NCBI GenBank assembly: GCA_963819715.1
Contig: CAWFXE010000001.1
Location: 196,332 to 260,331 of the forward strand
DNA length: 64,000 nt
Source of the DNA: an uncultured Solirubrobacterales bacterium
Lineage (GTDB): Bacteria; Actinomycetota; Thermoleophilia; Solirubrobacterales; 70-9
Reading direction: 5' to 3'
Shown: positions 8,653 to 18,387 of the stretch, in pieces
Layout of the letters: every line of letters starts with the position of its first letter
Position numbering within the stretch: position 1 is the stretch's first letter
Position numbers and translations under genes: made by a program
The notes under the pieces: model-generated
The model's input: only the letters and a program-made list of their open reading frames with translations
The model's database searches: none
What the model was told of the DNA's origin: nothing

Positions 8653-9363
8653 TCATGCAGCGAGTCTTAGTCGAGCGGCAGCGGGAACTTCCGCCACGCC
8701 GTTCTCGACCTCGGCGTGGCAGTTAGCGCAGAGCAGATCGCATTTATGGGCTTCCGCTCGGGACTTCTCGAGCGAACGGGTGACGCCCTCACGACTAAGG
8801 GCGAACAGCTTCGTCTTCCTATCGCGATGATGGAACTCGAGTGCCGCAAGGCATCGGCTGTATCCACAGATAAGGCATGCACCTCCGGCCTCCTCGACCA
8901 GTATTCGCTTCTGCTCACGACGGGATTCTGCAACGGCCTCCGCTCGACAGCGCTTACATCGGATCCTGTTGCCGTTCTCGAGGATATGCATCGTCATCCC
9001 ATGCCTCCGACACGGCACTTCGACTTCGCGCTCGCCGGCCAGTCGAGCCCGTTTCGCTGCGGCTCTCCTCCGGCCTCCCGCGGTTGTACCGAGGCCGTAC
9101 TTCTCTATCCAGTAGCGGACTGTCGCGACCCCGCGGTCAAGCTCGGTTGCGATCTCGCGGAGCGTCGCACCTTCAGCGTGGAGCTCTCGTAATTGGTCCT
9201 CAGGAATCGGCCCGCGGCGCAGATGCCGCTGTCGATTCACCGGCTTCAAACCATGCTTCTTGAGGTGGTAGCTGATCGTCGACGGGCTGCGCCCGACGCG
9301 CTTGCCGATCTTCTCCAGTGAAAGACCCTCAGCCAGAAATTGCTCGAGCTCTCTTTTGGACAT
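8653..9363 (-). CDS. double-HTH + HNH-nuclease-motif protein
   Basis: ORF of 236 aa. It has two HTH-like segments (LEKIGKRVGRSPSTISYHL and LREIATELDRGVATVRYWI). The C-terminus CLICG...EFHHRD...LLCANCH looks like an HNH motif. GC content appears lower than in the neighbours. Confidence 0.65.
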   Translation of the reverse strand: MSKRELEQFLAEGLSLEKIGKRVGRSPSTISYHLKKHGLKPVNRQRHLRRGPIPEDQLRELHAEGATLREIATELDRGVATVRYWIEKYGLGTTAGGRRRAAAKRARLAGEREVEVPCRRHGMTMHILENGNRIRCKRCRAEAVAESRREQKRILVEEAGGACLICGYSRCLAALEFHHRDRKTKLFALSREGVTRSLEKSRAEAHKCDLLCANCHAEVENGVAEVPAAARLRLAA

Positions 9364-9476
9364 TTGCAGACATTTTCAGGGCCCAGTCGGATGGAGCCTG
9401 CCCAGAATAGTGCCCAAATGCAGGGGAAATGTGACGTCGGCCGGGCGGAAGTGTGGCGAATGCGTAACGAATCGAG

Positions 9477-11252
9477 CTAGGCGGCTTCCGGCCAGGTACC
9501 GCCGTGAGCGATCCGACTCGAGATGCTTGCTCGCTCCCTTGACAGCTGCCGATGCTTCTCATAGTCACCGGCCTCCTGCGCGGCGGCGATCAAGCCCTCC
9601 AGGCGCTGGAGCTCCAGCAGGTCGAAGTTGAGCTGCATCGCGCCCTCCGATGCGGGCTCGCTCTCCGCCCTCATCACCAGCTCGGTGATCAGCGACGTCA
9701 GCGCCGGATCGTCCCTCGGCAGCCCGTCCATCGGGTCCGCCAGGTTCGTCCGCAGCCACGCCAGCGCCGGCTGCCCCGACAGCGACAGGTGCTCTTCCGT
9801 GAGCCGGTCGATGAACGCCTGACCCTCCCCCGGCTTCGCGAGGCACATCGCCAGCAGCGCCCGCTCGCGCGTCTCGCGCGGGGTCAGGGAAACGGCGACC
9901 GGCTTCGGCGGCTTCGCCCCGTTGCCATCGCCCGTCGGCGCCGCGCTGGCCTCCGGGGCCGAGCGCACCCGCGCCAGAACCAGGCTCGCATCCGTGTCGA
10001 GCCGATCGGCGATCTTCCGGACCAGCTCGTCGAATCCGAGAGCCGTCTCCCCCATCGCCTTCAGCACCGGCCCGACCTCCTCCAGCACCCGCTCCCGCCC
10101 GGTGACCGTTCCGAGATCCCCGCGTCCGAGCGCGACATCGACCCGGAAGCTCGGCAGGTCGATCGCGTCCTCCACCAGCTTCATGAATCGGTCGAGCGTT
10201 CCCTCCTTCAGCATGTCCGCCGGGTCCTCCCCATCGGGCATGGCCGCGACGCGCAACTCGAGGCTCTTGCCCGCGGCCACCTTCTGCGCGCGGATCATCG
10301 CGTCCGCCCCGGCCCTGTCCGCGTCGAGCGCGAGCACCACGGACTCCGTCAGCCCGGCGAGCATCGTGATTTGCTCCGGCGTGATCGCCGTCCCCATGAT
10401 CGCCACGGCCTCCTCCACCCCGGCCTGGTGCAGGGCCAGCACGTCGGTGTAGCCCTCCACCACGATCGCCCGCCGCGCCTTCGCGATCGGCCCGCGCGCC
10501 CGGTCGATGCCATAGAGCGTGTGGCTCTTGCGGTAGAGCTCGCCCTCAGGCGAGTTCATGTACTTCGGCTGCGAGTCCGGACTCAGCGCCCGCGCGCCGA
10601 AGCCGAGCACGCGCCCGCGCTGGTCGCGGATCGGGAAGGTGATCCTGTTCCTGAAACGGTCGTAGTGGCCGCCCTGCCGCCCCTTCAGGATCAACCCGGC
10701 CGCGAGCAGCTCGTCGGTCTTGAAGCCCGCCCGCTGGCTCCCGGTCAGAACCTGGTCCCAGGGGCTCGGCGCCATTCCGACGCCGAACCGCCGCAGCACG
10801 TCCTCCCCCAGACCACGCTCAACCAGGTAGGCCCGAGCCTTGTCGGCCTTCTGCGACTCCCACAAGTAGCGCTCGTAGAACTTCGCCGTCCGCTCCAGCA
10901 GCTCCCACAGCCGCGCCTTCCTCCGGCGCCTCGCCTCGGCCTGCGGATCCTCGTTCTCCCGCTCGATCTCGACGCCGTAGCGCTCGGCGAGCGACTCGAC
11001 CGCTTCGGGGAAACCCAGCCCCTCCTTCTCCTCGACGAAGCTGAAGACGTCACCCTTTGCCTCGCAACCGAAGCAGTAGTAGAGCTTGTCGCGTGGATTT
11101 ACCTTGAACGAAGGAGTTCGCTCGTCGTGGAACGGGCAATTGCCCCAGTAGTCCTGGCCGCGCTGTGAGAGGTCGGTGTAAGCCGAGACGATCTCGACGA
11201 TGTCCGCCGCCTCCTTCACCCGGTCCTTGCTCTCGTCCGTGAACTTCGCCAT
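9477..11252 (-). CDS. dnaG: DNA primase
   Basis: ORF of 591 aa. It has the zinc finger CPFHDERTPSFKV...YYCFGCEAKGD and the TOPRIM region VVEGYTDV. Confidence 0.95.
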   Translation of the reverse strand: MAKFTDESKDRVKEAADIVEIVSAYTDLSQRGQDYWGNCPFHDERTPSFKVNPRDKLYYCFGCEAKGDVFSFVEEKEGLGFPEAVESLAERYGVEIERENEDPQAEARRRRKARLWELLERTAKFYERYLWESQKADKARAYLVERGLGEDVLRRFGVGMAPSPWDQVLTGSQRAGFKTDELLAAGLILKGRQGGHYDRFRNRITFPIRDQRGRVLGFGARALSPDSQPKYMNSPEGELYRKSHTLYGIDRARGPIAKARRAIVVEGYTDVLALHQAGVEEAVAIMGTAITPEQITMLAGLTESVVLALDADRAGADAMIRAQKVAAGKSLELRVAAMPDGEDPADMLKEGTLDRFMKLVEDAIDLPSFRVDVALGRGDLGTVTGRERVLEEVGPVLKAMGETALGFDELVRKIADRLDTDASLVLARVRSAPEASAAPTGDGNGAKPPKPVAVSLTPRETRERALLAMCLAKPGEGQAFIDRLTEEHLSLSGQPALAWLRTNLADPMDGLPRDDPALTSLITELVMRAESEPASEGAMQLNFDLLELQRLEGLIAAAQEAGDYEKHRQLSRERASISSRIAHGGTWPEAA

Positions 11253-11261
11253 CAGTCCAAT

Positions 11262-12359
11262 CTACTTCCGGGCAACGAGTGCCTCGTACGTGCTGAGGCA
11301 AAAACGGTCGGTCATTCCGGCGATGTAGTCGGTCACGCGCTGCACCGGACCGGCATCCGGGTCCGTCGCCGGCACCTCGTCCAGGTTCGCGAGGTAATGG
11401 TCGAACAGCGTCCGCAGAGCCACCCGCGCGTACTCCTGCTCGGCGCGAGCCTCCTCTCCCAGGTAGACCCGGTCGAACATGAACTTCCGCAGGCGCAGCA
11501 TGGCTCCGCCGATCTCGTCGCTCTGCGCGACGTCCCCCTCGGCCCGCGAGCGCCGCACCATGTCCTGAACCAGCAGGTCGATCCGCTGCGCCCCCGTCTC
11601 TCCGAGCAGCTCGATCTGCTCCGTCGGCAGATCGGCCTGCGCGATGATCCCCGCCCTCAGTGCGTCGTCGATGTCGTGGTTGATGTACGCGACCCGGTCC
11701 ATGATCCGCACGACCCGCCCCTCCAGGGTCGCGGGCTTCCCCGAGCTCGTGTGATTGAGGATCCCGTCCCTGACTGGCTCGGTCAGATTGAGCCCGCGCC
11801 CGTCGCGTGCCAGCTCGTCCACCACCCGCAGTGAGTGCTCGTTGTGCCTGAAGCGCATCCCGTGCTCCTGGAGCGCCTCGTCGAGCACTTCCTCGCCGAT
11901 GTGCCCGAAGGGCGGATGCCCGAGGTCATGCCCCAGCCCGATCGCCTCGGTCAGGTCCTCGTTCAACGCCAGCGCCCGCGCCACCGTCCGCGAGATGAAG
12001 CAGGCCTCGAGCGTGTGCGTGAGCCGGGTCCGATAGTGGTCCCCCTCCGGAGCCACGAACACCTGCGTCTTGTGCTTCAGGCGCCGGAACGCCTTCGAGT
12101 GCACGATGCGGTCGCGGTCGCGCTGGAACGGAGTCCGCACCGGGCTGTCGGCCTCGGGCTCCCGGCGCCGCGCCGGATACGACGGCACGGCGAGGTCCCA
12201 GAGGTACTCGGCCTCCCAGGAGCGAACGCGATCTTCAAGCGTCTCCGTGTGCGTTGGCATGCCTCTCGATGTTCGCACCCGGCCCGGCACATCCGCCGGG
12301 ACGCGGCCCGCGAGGTTTGGAAATAGGCTCCCGCCCGTGTCAGAGACGGCACTGATCAC
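11262..12359 (-). CDS. dgt: dGTPase-like HD-domain triphosphohydrolase
   Basis: ORF of 365 aa with HSKAFRRLKHKTQVF and HDLGHPPFGH. Lying upstream of dnaG is the usual actinobacterial arrangement. The start is uncertain (possibly the internal MPTHTE). Confidence 0.8.
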   Translation of the reverse strand: MISAVSDTGGSLFPNLAGRVPADVPGRVRTSRGMPTHTETLEDRVRSWEAEYLWDLAVPSYPARRREPEADSPVRTPFQRDRDRIVHSKAFRRLKHKTQVFVAPEGDHYRTRLTHTLEACFISRTVARALALNEDLTEAIGLGHDLGHPPFGHIGEEVLDEALQEHGMRFRHNEHSLRVVDELARDGRGLNLTEPVRDGILNHTSSGKPATLEGRVVRIMDRVAYINHDIDDALRAGIIAQADLPTEQIELLGETGAQRIDLLVQDMVRRSRAEGDVAQSDEIGGAMLRLRKFMFDRVYLGEEARAEQEYARVALRTLFDHYLANLDEVPATDPDAGPVQRVTDYIAGMTDRFCLSTYEALVARK

Positions 12360-13096
12360 CGGAGCGTCGGCCGGAATCGGCGAGGAGTTCGCCCGCCAGC
12401 TGGCCGCCCGGGGCTACGACCTGATCCTGGTCGCGCGGCGGAAGGACCGGCTCGAGAAGCTCGCAAAAGAGCTGCCGACCAAGGTCACGGCAATCGAGTG
12501 CGACCTCGCCGCGGAGGCCGACAAGCTGCCGGCCAAGGTGAAGCGACGGGGCCTGCAGGTGGACCTGCTGGTCAACAACGCGGGCTTCGGCCTGCGGGGC
12601 CGCTGTTCTGGAGCTCGATTCCAAGCGCGAGGCCGAGATGGTGCGGGTCAACTGCGAGGCGGTCGTCACGCTGACTCACGCGTTCGTTCCGGGAATGGTC
12701 GAGCGCGGCCGGGGCGGCGCGATCACCGTCGCCAGCACCGCCGGCATGCAGCCCCTCCCCTACGAGGCGACCTACGGCGCCACCAAGGCCTTCGCCATCT
12801 CCTTCATGGAGGCCCTCTGGATGGAGCTGCGCGGCAGCGGCGTGACGCTCACGGTGGTCAACCCCGGCCCGGTGAAAACCGAATGGCAGGAGGTGGCCGG
12901 CCACACCGAGGACACGCCGTTGCCGCCCGGCATGATCAGTGCCGAGCGCTGCGTCAAGGACGCCCTCCGCGCCTACGACCGCAAGAAGCGATCGGTGGTC
13001 ACCGGCCGCTTCTTCCCCTGGTTCATGCGCGCCAGCAAGGCGCCGAAGGGCGTCAAGCTCCGCGTCACGGAGCGGATGTACCGCCCACCTACATAA
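12337..13096 (+). pseudogene. SDR-family oxidoreductase interrupted by a frameshift near 12600
   Basis: The N-terminal half (VSETALITGASAGIGEEF...LLVNNAGFGLRG) is in the frame of ORF 12070..13230. The C-terminal half (...LELDSKREAEMVRVNCEAVV...YGATKAF) is in the frame of ORF 12638..13096. The junction lies at a G/C run. Confidence 0.7.
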
Positions 13097-13177
13097 GGTC
13101 GCGGCCACAAGCGGCCGCCCCACGTAAGTCGCTATGGGCTTCGCCCTGCGCTCCGAAATGGAGCGGCCTGGTGGCCG

Positions 13178-13903
13178 CTAGGCCGCCGCGCGCAGGTGCA
13201 CGTGCGCGTGGTGCTCCAGCGTCTCGGTGATCGCGCGATCGGCCTGTGCCGCCACCCGCCGGTCCGCCTCCGGGGCCTCCGCCAGGGGACGGGCCAGCGC
13301 CTCGACCATAAACTGGTGCGCCTCCTCGCTGAACGGGAAGCCCTCGCCCTCGCAGCTCGCGCAGACCACCCCGCCGGCGGAGCCGGAGAACGCCGCCAGG
13401 TGCTCCGCCTCCCCGCAGCTGGCGCAGCTCGCCAACTCGGGTGAGAACCCCGCCGCCAGCGCCAGCTTGAGCCTGAAAGCGAGCGCGGCACCGGGAGCGC
13501 TGGCCCCCTCGGGGTCGGAGTCGAGCAGCCCCAGGTAGGTGCATAGCAGGTTGTACGCGGCCTCATTCGGCTCGCCCGAGTCGAGCAGCCGCAGCACCGC
13601 ATCGCAGGCCCGCCCGGCCGATCCCAGCGCCGCCCCATTCGAGCGCAGCGCCCCGTGTCCCTGGACGGTCGACGCGCCGGTCACCGTGAACAGATCGCCC
13701 CGCCCCTCATAGAGGACGAGGTCGAGCCGGAAGAACGGCTCCAGCCGCCCCCCGAACCGCGACTTAGGCCGTCGCGACCCCTTCGCAATCGCCCCGATCC
13801 GCCCTCGCGTCGCGGAGTAGAGATGGACGATCCGATCGGCCTCGCCGTAGCGGATGCTGCGGAGCACGACGGCCTCGGTCTTGAAGTTCCCGGGCATGAC
13901 CAT
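13178..13903 (-). CDS. recO: DNA repair protein RecO
   Basis: Internal start MVMPGNFKTEAVVLRSIRYGEADRIVHLYS. A Cys cluster CASCG...CASCE is present. Confidence 0.85.
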   Translation of the reverse strand: MVMPGNFKTEAVVLRSIRYGEADRIVHLYSATRGRIGAIAKGSRRPKSRFGGRLEPFFRLDLVLYEGRGDLFTVTGASTVQGHGALRSNGAALGSAGRACDAVLRLLDSGEPNEAAYNLLCTYLGLLDSDPEGASAPGAALAFRLKLALAAGFSPELASCASCGEAEHLAAFSGSAGGVVCASCEGEGFPFSEEAHQFMVEALARPLAEAPEADRRVAAQADRAITETLEHHAHVHLRAAA

Positions 13904-13929
13904 CAAAGCTGCCGCAGCGCCCGGACAGA

Positions 13930-14859
13930 TCAGACCTCGCGCACCGCGTCCCGGATCGCCGCGGCCGTGACCGTCGCCGCGGCCGCGCCGATCTGGAACG
14001 GGGCGAACTGGTCCGGCGCGCCCCGCCCGGAGGCGAGGCAGAAGACGACGTCGCCGTCGACCGGCGTGAAGACCGGGTCGATGGCGCGACCCATCCCAGC
14101 CGTGGCAGCCCGTGCCACGATCGAGCACTGCCGCTTGTCGAGCGCCGCGTCCGTGCAGACGACGACCGGGGTCGAGTTGCCCTCGGGGACCCGGAACTCC
14201 GGCGGCTGCTCCATCGCCGCGATCAGCTCGGCGCCCCGCAGCTCCTCGCCCTCCTCGCCCCTCGGACCGGCGAGCGCCGAGCCGTCCTCGTCGATCACGT
14301 CGCCGGCGGCATTCACCGTCGCGATCGCGGCCACGGTGTGCCCGGTCCCCGTGACCAGCGCCGCGTACCCCACCCCGCCCCGGCTGGCGCGCTCGCGGCC
14401 GAGCAGCTTGCCCACCGTCGCGCCGGTCCCGGCCCCCACCGCCCCGCGCTCGGGGACGCCCTCGCGAGCCGCCTCGCAGGCCGCGTAGCCCTGGTTCGCA
14501 CCCGGCCGCACGTCTCCCTCGCCCGAGGGCAGGTCGTAGATCACCGCCGCGGGCACGATCGGCACCCGCCCGTACGGAGTGAAGTAGCCGCGGTCGTGAT
14601 CCTCGAGCCAGCGGACCACCCCGTCGGCGGCCGCCAGCCCGAAGGCGCTGCCGCCCGTCATCAGGATGGCGCTGGCCTCATCAGCGTTCGCGAGCGGCCG
14701 CAGGGTGTCCGTCTCCCGTGTCCCGGGCCCCCCGCCGTGCACGCAGACGCCGCCGCGTGTCTCCGGCGGCGGGATCACGACAGTGCAGCCCGTCCCACCG
14801 GCTGCGTCGGACCAGTGCCCGACCGCGAAGCCATCGGGGAGGGCGACGAGGCCGGTCAT
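13930..14859 (-). CDS. P1/S58 (DmpA-like) family peptidase
   Basis: ORF of 309 aa containing GGTGCTVV, PGTRETD and MTGGSAFGLAAADGV. Confidence 0.7.
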   Translation of the reverse strand: MTGLVALPDGFAVGHWSDAAGGTGCTVVIPPPETRGGVCVHGGGPGTRETDTLRPLANADEASAILMTGGSAFGLAAADGVVRWLEDHDRGYFTPYGRVPIVPAAVIYDLPSGEGDVRPGANQGYAACEAAREGVPERGAVGAGTGATVGKLLGRERASRGGVGYAALVTGTGHTVAAIATVNAAGDVIDEDGSALAGPRGEEGEELRGAELIAAMEQPPEFRVPEGNSTPVVVCTDAALDKRQCSIVARAATAGMGRAIDPVFTPVDGDVVFCLASGRGAPDQFAPFQIGAAAATVTAAAIRDAVREV

Positions 14860-15803
14860 CGGCTCTTCGCCTTACGCCTGGCGCTCTTGGCCCGCCGCGG
14901 CCGCCGCCGCAATCGCTCCTGGCAGACGGGGCAGTAGTAGGTCGAGCGCCCGCCCACGACGATCCGCTGGATCACGCCGCCGTCATCGCGGCGACAGGCC
15001 TCTCCCTCGCGGGTGTGAACCAGGAACTCGTCCTGCATCGAGCCGGGCTCCCCGCGCGAGTCGAGATAGTCGTCGATACTCGCCCCGCCGTTGTCGAGGC
15101 CGGCCTGGAGCGCGTCGACGATCCCCTCCACCAGGCGTTCCGCGTGTTCCCGCTTCATCGACCCAGCCGGCGAAAGCGGATGCAGGCGCGCCCGCCAGAG
15201 AGCCTCGTCGGCGTAGATGTTCCCGATCCCCGCGACCCGGGACTGGGTCAGCAGGAATGACTTGAGCGGCGCCGTCCGGTCTTTTGCCAGCTCGAGGAGG
15301 CGGTCAGGCGTGAGCTCCCCCGACAGCGGCTCCACGCCGAGGCGGCTCGCGAAGAACTCGTTCAGCTGATCGCCGGCGTCCAGGACGACCGCCTGGCCGA
15401 AGCGCCTCACATCCGTGAACACCAGGGTCCTCCCGTCGTCCAGCTCGAATCGAGCCCGCACATGACTCGGCTCGGGCGCCGACTCATAGAGGCGGGGCCG
15501 GCCGAGCCGCTCGTTCTTCATCAGATCCGCAGTCTCGCCGTGCTCGGAGTCGCGCAGCAGGAGGTTCCCCGTCATCCGCAGGTGCATCGCCAGGGTGCGG
15601 CCGCCCTCGAGGCCGATCAGCAGGTACTTCCCCCGTCGCGCCACCGCCGTCACCTCCCTGTCGCGCACGGCGCGCTCCAGCGCCTGCGGCGGCTCAGGCC
15701 GCGTCAGCCGCTCGTCGAGCACCGACGCCGAGACGATCCGCTTGCCGACCAGCTCCGGCTCGAGCTGGCGACGGACGGTCTCCACCTCGGGCAACTCGGG
15801 CAT
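14856..15803 (-). CDS. mutM: formamidopyrimidine/endonuclease VIII-family DNA glycosylase
   Basis: The N-terminus is MPELPEVETVRR. The C-terminus has a zinc finger (YYCPVCQ) followed by a basic tail. Confidence 0.8.
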   Translation of the reverse strand: MPELPEVETVRRQLEPELVGKRIVSASVLDERLTRPEPPQALERAVRDREVTAVARRGKYLLIGLEGGRTLAMHLRMTGNLLLRDSEHGETADLMKNERLGRPRLYESAPEPSHVRARFELDDGRTLVFTDVRRFGQAVVLDAGDQLNEFFASRLGVEPLSGELTPDRLLELAKDRTAPLKSFLLTQSRVAGIGNIYADEALWRARLHPLSPAGSMKREHAERLVEGIVDALQAGLDNGGASIDDYLDSRGEPGSMQDEFLVHTREGEACRRDDGGVIQRIVVGGRSTYYCPVCQERLRRRPRRAKSARRKAKSR

Positions 15804-15812
15804 GCCTCAAGG

Positions 15813-16769
15813 CTATTGAGGCGAATGGGCCCGTGGGTGGGCCTTGAAGTAGGCCTCCTTCAGCTCCTCGCCGGAGAGGTGGGTGTAGAGCTGGGTCGTC
15901 GAGAGATCGGCGTGGCCGAGCATCTCCTGGACCGAGCGCAGGTCGCATCCGCCCGAGAGCAGGTGCGTCGCAAAGGAGTGGCGCAGGGTGTGCGGGCTCA
16001 TCCGGTCCGCGAGCCCGGCAGTCTCGGCGTGCCGGAGCACGATCTTGTAGAGCCCCTGCCGGGTCAGCGGGCCGCCGCGGAAGTTGACGAACAGCTTGCG
16101 CTCGTCGTGCGAGCGGATCATCTCCGGCCTGCCCGAGCGCAGGTAGACCCGAACCGCCGCGAGCGCCTTGCCGCCGACCGGTACCAGCCGCTCCTTCGAG
16201 CCCTTGCCACGGGCGCGGACGATGCCGTGGTCGAGGTCGACGTCCGAGACCTCGAGCGAGATCGTCTCGGAGGCCCTCAACCCCGAGGCGTACATCACCT
16301 CGAGCAGCGCTCTGTCACGCAGGATGGCCGCGCCGTCGCCACGGGGCTGGGCGAGCAGGCGCTGGACCTCCGAGTAGCTCAGGACCTCCGGAAGCTTCTT
16401 GCCACGTCTCGGCGTCTCGAGCCGCGCGGCGGGATCGTCTGAGATCTCCTCCTCGCGGCGCAGGTGCCGGTAGAAGGAGCGCAGGCAGGCCGCCTTGCGG
16501 TTGACCGTGGCGGTCGAGCAGGGAGCGCGCCCGTTGCCGTCGCCCTGCGCCACATCGGCCAGGAAGTCGGAGAGGTCGCCCGGCTCGACGGTGGTGGCGT
16601 CGCGATCGCGTTCGGCCAGGAATCGGCCGAACTGCAGGAGATCGGTGCGATAGGCAGCGAGGGTGTTGCGCGACAGCCCACGCTCGAACTCGAGGTGCGC
16701 GAGGAAATCGAGGACGAGTGACTCGTAGCGCGCCTCGGCCGTCTCGGGGACGGGCGCCATGGTGGCCAT
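15813..16769 (-). CDS. xerD: site-specific tyrosine recombinase XerD
   Basis: Internal start MATMAPV within ORF 15813..17495. Motifs: LEFERGLSRNTLAAYRTDL, ASGLRASE, HTLRHSFATHLL and LGHADLSTTQLYTH. Confidence 0.85.
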   Translation of the reverse strand: MATMAPVPETAEARYESLVLDFLAHLEFERGLSRNTLAAYRTDLLQFGRFLAERDRDATTVEPGDLSDFLADVAQGDGNGRAPCSTATVNRKAACLRSFYRHLRREEEISDDPAARLETPRRGKKLPEVLSYSEVQRLLAQPRGDGAAILRDRALLEVMYASGLRASETISLEVSDVDLDHGIVRARGKGSKERLVPVGGKALAAVRVYLRSGRPEMIRSHDERKLFVNFRGGPLTRQGLYKIVLRHAETAGLADRMSPHTLRHSFATHLLSGGCDLRSVQEMLGHADLSTTQLYTHLSGEELKEAYFKAHPRAHSPQ

Positions 16770-16804
16770 ACGGAGTACTTCCGCGGCCGGCTTCCTGTCC
16801 CTGC

Positions 16805-17335
16805 CTAGAGAAGCTCCTTCAGCATCAGCAGCCCGATCAGCGACTTGGCGTCCTCGCAGCGCCGGATCGCGCCGTCGATGTCGCTGAGCGGGATCTCCAC
16901 GATCTCGATCCGCTCCTCTGGCGTGGGCTCGCTCTTGACGTCGTAGAGCTCGGAGGCCAGGAAGAGCCAGACGCGCTCGTTCGCGAAGCCGGGGCTCGTG
17001 TAGAAGCGCTTCAGCTCGCGCCAGTCGCCGGCGGCCTTGCCGACCTCCTCCGCCAGCTCGCGCTGAGCGCATTCCAGCGGCGTCTCCCCCGGGACGTCGA
17101 GCTTGCCCGCCGGGAGCTCCAGCAGCGCGGGCTCCTCGACCGCCTCCCGAGGCTGCTCGACCATGTAGAGGGTGCGCCCGTCGTGGGGAATCACGCAGAC
17201 GGCGCCCGGATGGGTCACGACCTGGCGAGAGGACCTGCTCCCGTCCGCGTACTGAAAGGTCTCCATCCGCACGGACACGACCGGCCCGCGATGGATGAGC
17301 TTGCCCCCGACCTTCTTGAGGCGCTCGTCGCTCAC
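16805..17335 (-). CDS. NUDIX hydrolase (ADP-ribose pyrophosphatase-like)
   Basis: ORF of 176 aa with the Nudix box GKLDVPGETPLECAQRELAEEVG. Confidence 0.8.
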   Translation of the reverse strand: MSDERLKKVGGKLIHRGPVVSVRMETFQYADGSRSSRQVVTHPGAVCVIPHDGRTLYMVEQPREAVEEPALLELPAGKLDVPGETPLECAQRELAEEVGKAAGDWRELKRFYTSPGFANERVWLFLASELYDVKSEPTPEERIEIVEIPLSDIDGAIRRCEDAKSLIGLLMLKELL

Positions 17336-18384
17336 GTGGCGAGCTCCGCGAGGGCCGCCATTGCCAGCGCGTCGCCTGAGGCGAGAGCAGCGGCGAAGAA
17401 GAGGCGATCGTCCGCGATCCCCCGCCCCATGTGCGTGCTCGGCAACGCGGTCGCCGCGTATTCGTCCACGGCGGCCTCGCGCGGCCAGATCTCATGGCGC
17501 TCGCCGCACGCGTGGCGCAGCTCGTCGAGGGAACCGTCGCCTCCCCCGATCCGAGGCCAGGGGGCCGGCCTGCGAGCCGGCGCCGGCACCCGCACGTTCC
17601 CGAGCAGCATCCGGAGGACGGTCGCCGTGTGGTGGCTCAGCCCACGGTGACGAGACCGAGGATCGACGCTCGACATCCGGGGCGCCAGCAGCGTCTCGAG
17701 GCCGAGGACCAGGGAGGCGTGCGCGGTATCGAGGGCCGCCATCCCTCCGTGACCCAACTCCGAGCCGGACCCGACGATGCCCGGCCCAGGCCCGGCGATC
17801 ACCGCGTCCCAGCCGAGCGGACCCGCGGCGGCCTTAAGCGCACCGATCACGCTCAGCGCCTCGAGCTCCCCGCCGTACGCCGGCCCCGCCGTGGCGTGCC
17901 CGCAGAGCAGCCCCGAGCGCCGCAGCTGCGCGACGTCCTCGGAGAGCGATCCGGGCAGGGCTCCCCCGGAGGTCTGGACGAAGCCGACGCGCATCTCCGA
18001 AGTGACGCGGCGGGCCGCCCAGGTGGCGGGCGCCAGCTGGCCATGGAGGGAGAGCACCAGCACGGGGATCCGCCGGATCGAGCCCTCGAACTCAAGCGCC
18101 TCGACCGGGTCCACCGGGTGCTGGAGGGACGTGTAGTTGAGCTTCATGGCCGCCGCCTCCGGCGCACCCGGTGCTTCGAGCCCCCGAGTGAGATTGGCGT
18201 GCACGACGTCGAAGCCGCCGGACCCCAGGCCCAGGTCCACGGCCTCGGTGTTGAGGATCAGCTCATCGCCTTCGCGAATCTCGCCGACCAGCGACTCGTC
18301 GGCCCAGGCCCGCCGCTCCTCATCGCCGATCCGCACTCGCAGCGGGTCCAACGAAGTCACGACCCCCCGCCGCAGCTTCAGCAT
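17332..18384 (-). CDS. DUF3866-like conserved protein
   Basis: ORF of 350 aa. The N-terminus MLKLRRGVVTS...LNTEAVDLGLGSGGFDVVHANL resembles the DUF3866 family as I recall it. Confidence 0.55.
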   Translation of the reverse strand: MLKLRRGVVTSLDPLRVRIGDEERRAWADESLVGEIREGDELILNTEAVDLGLGSGGFDVVHANLTRGLEAPGAPEAAAMKLNYTSLQHPVDPVEALEFEGSIRRIPVLVLSLHGQLAPATWAARRVTSEMRVGFVQTSGGALPGSLSEDVAQLRRSGLLCGHATAGPAYGGELEALSVIGALKAAAGPLGWDAVIAGPGPGIVGSGSELGHGGMAALDTAHASLVLGLETLLAPRMSSVDPRSRHRGLSHHTATVLRMLLGNVRVPAPARRPAPWPRIGGGDGSLDELRHACGERHEIWPREAAVDEYAATALPSTHMGRGIADDRLFFAAALASGDALAMAALAELAT

Positions 18385-18387
18385 CGT

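Noticed and set aside
9440-9476. AACGAATCGAGC near 9460 as a possible duplicate of the tRNA-Asn 3' end (TTCGAATCCAGG), marking an island boundary
   Set aside because: Only about 8 of 9 nt of a short core match, and there is no extended identity.
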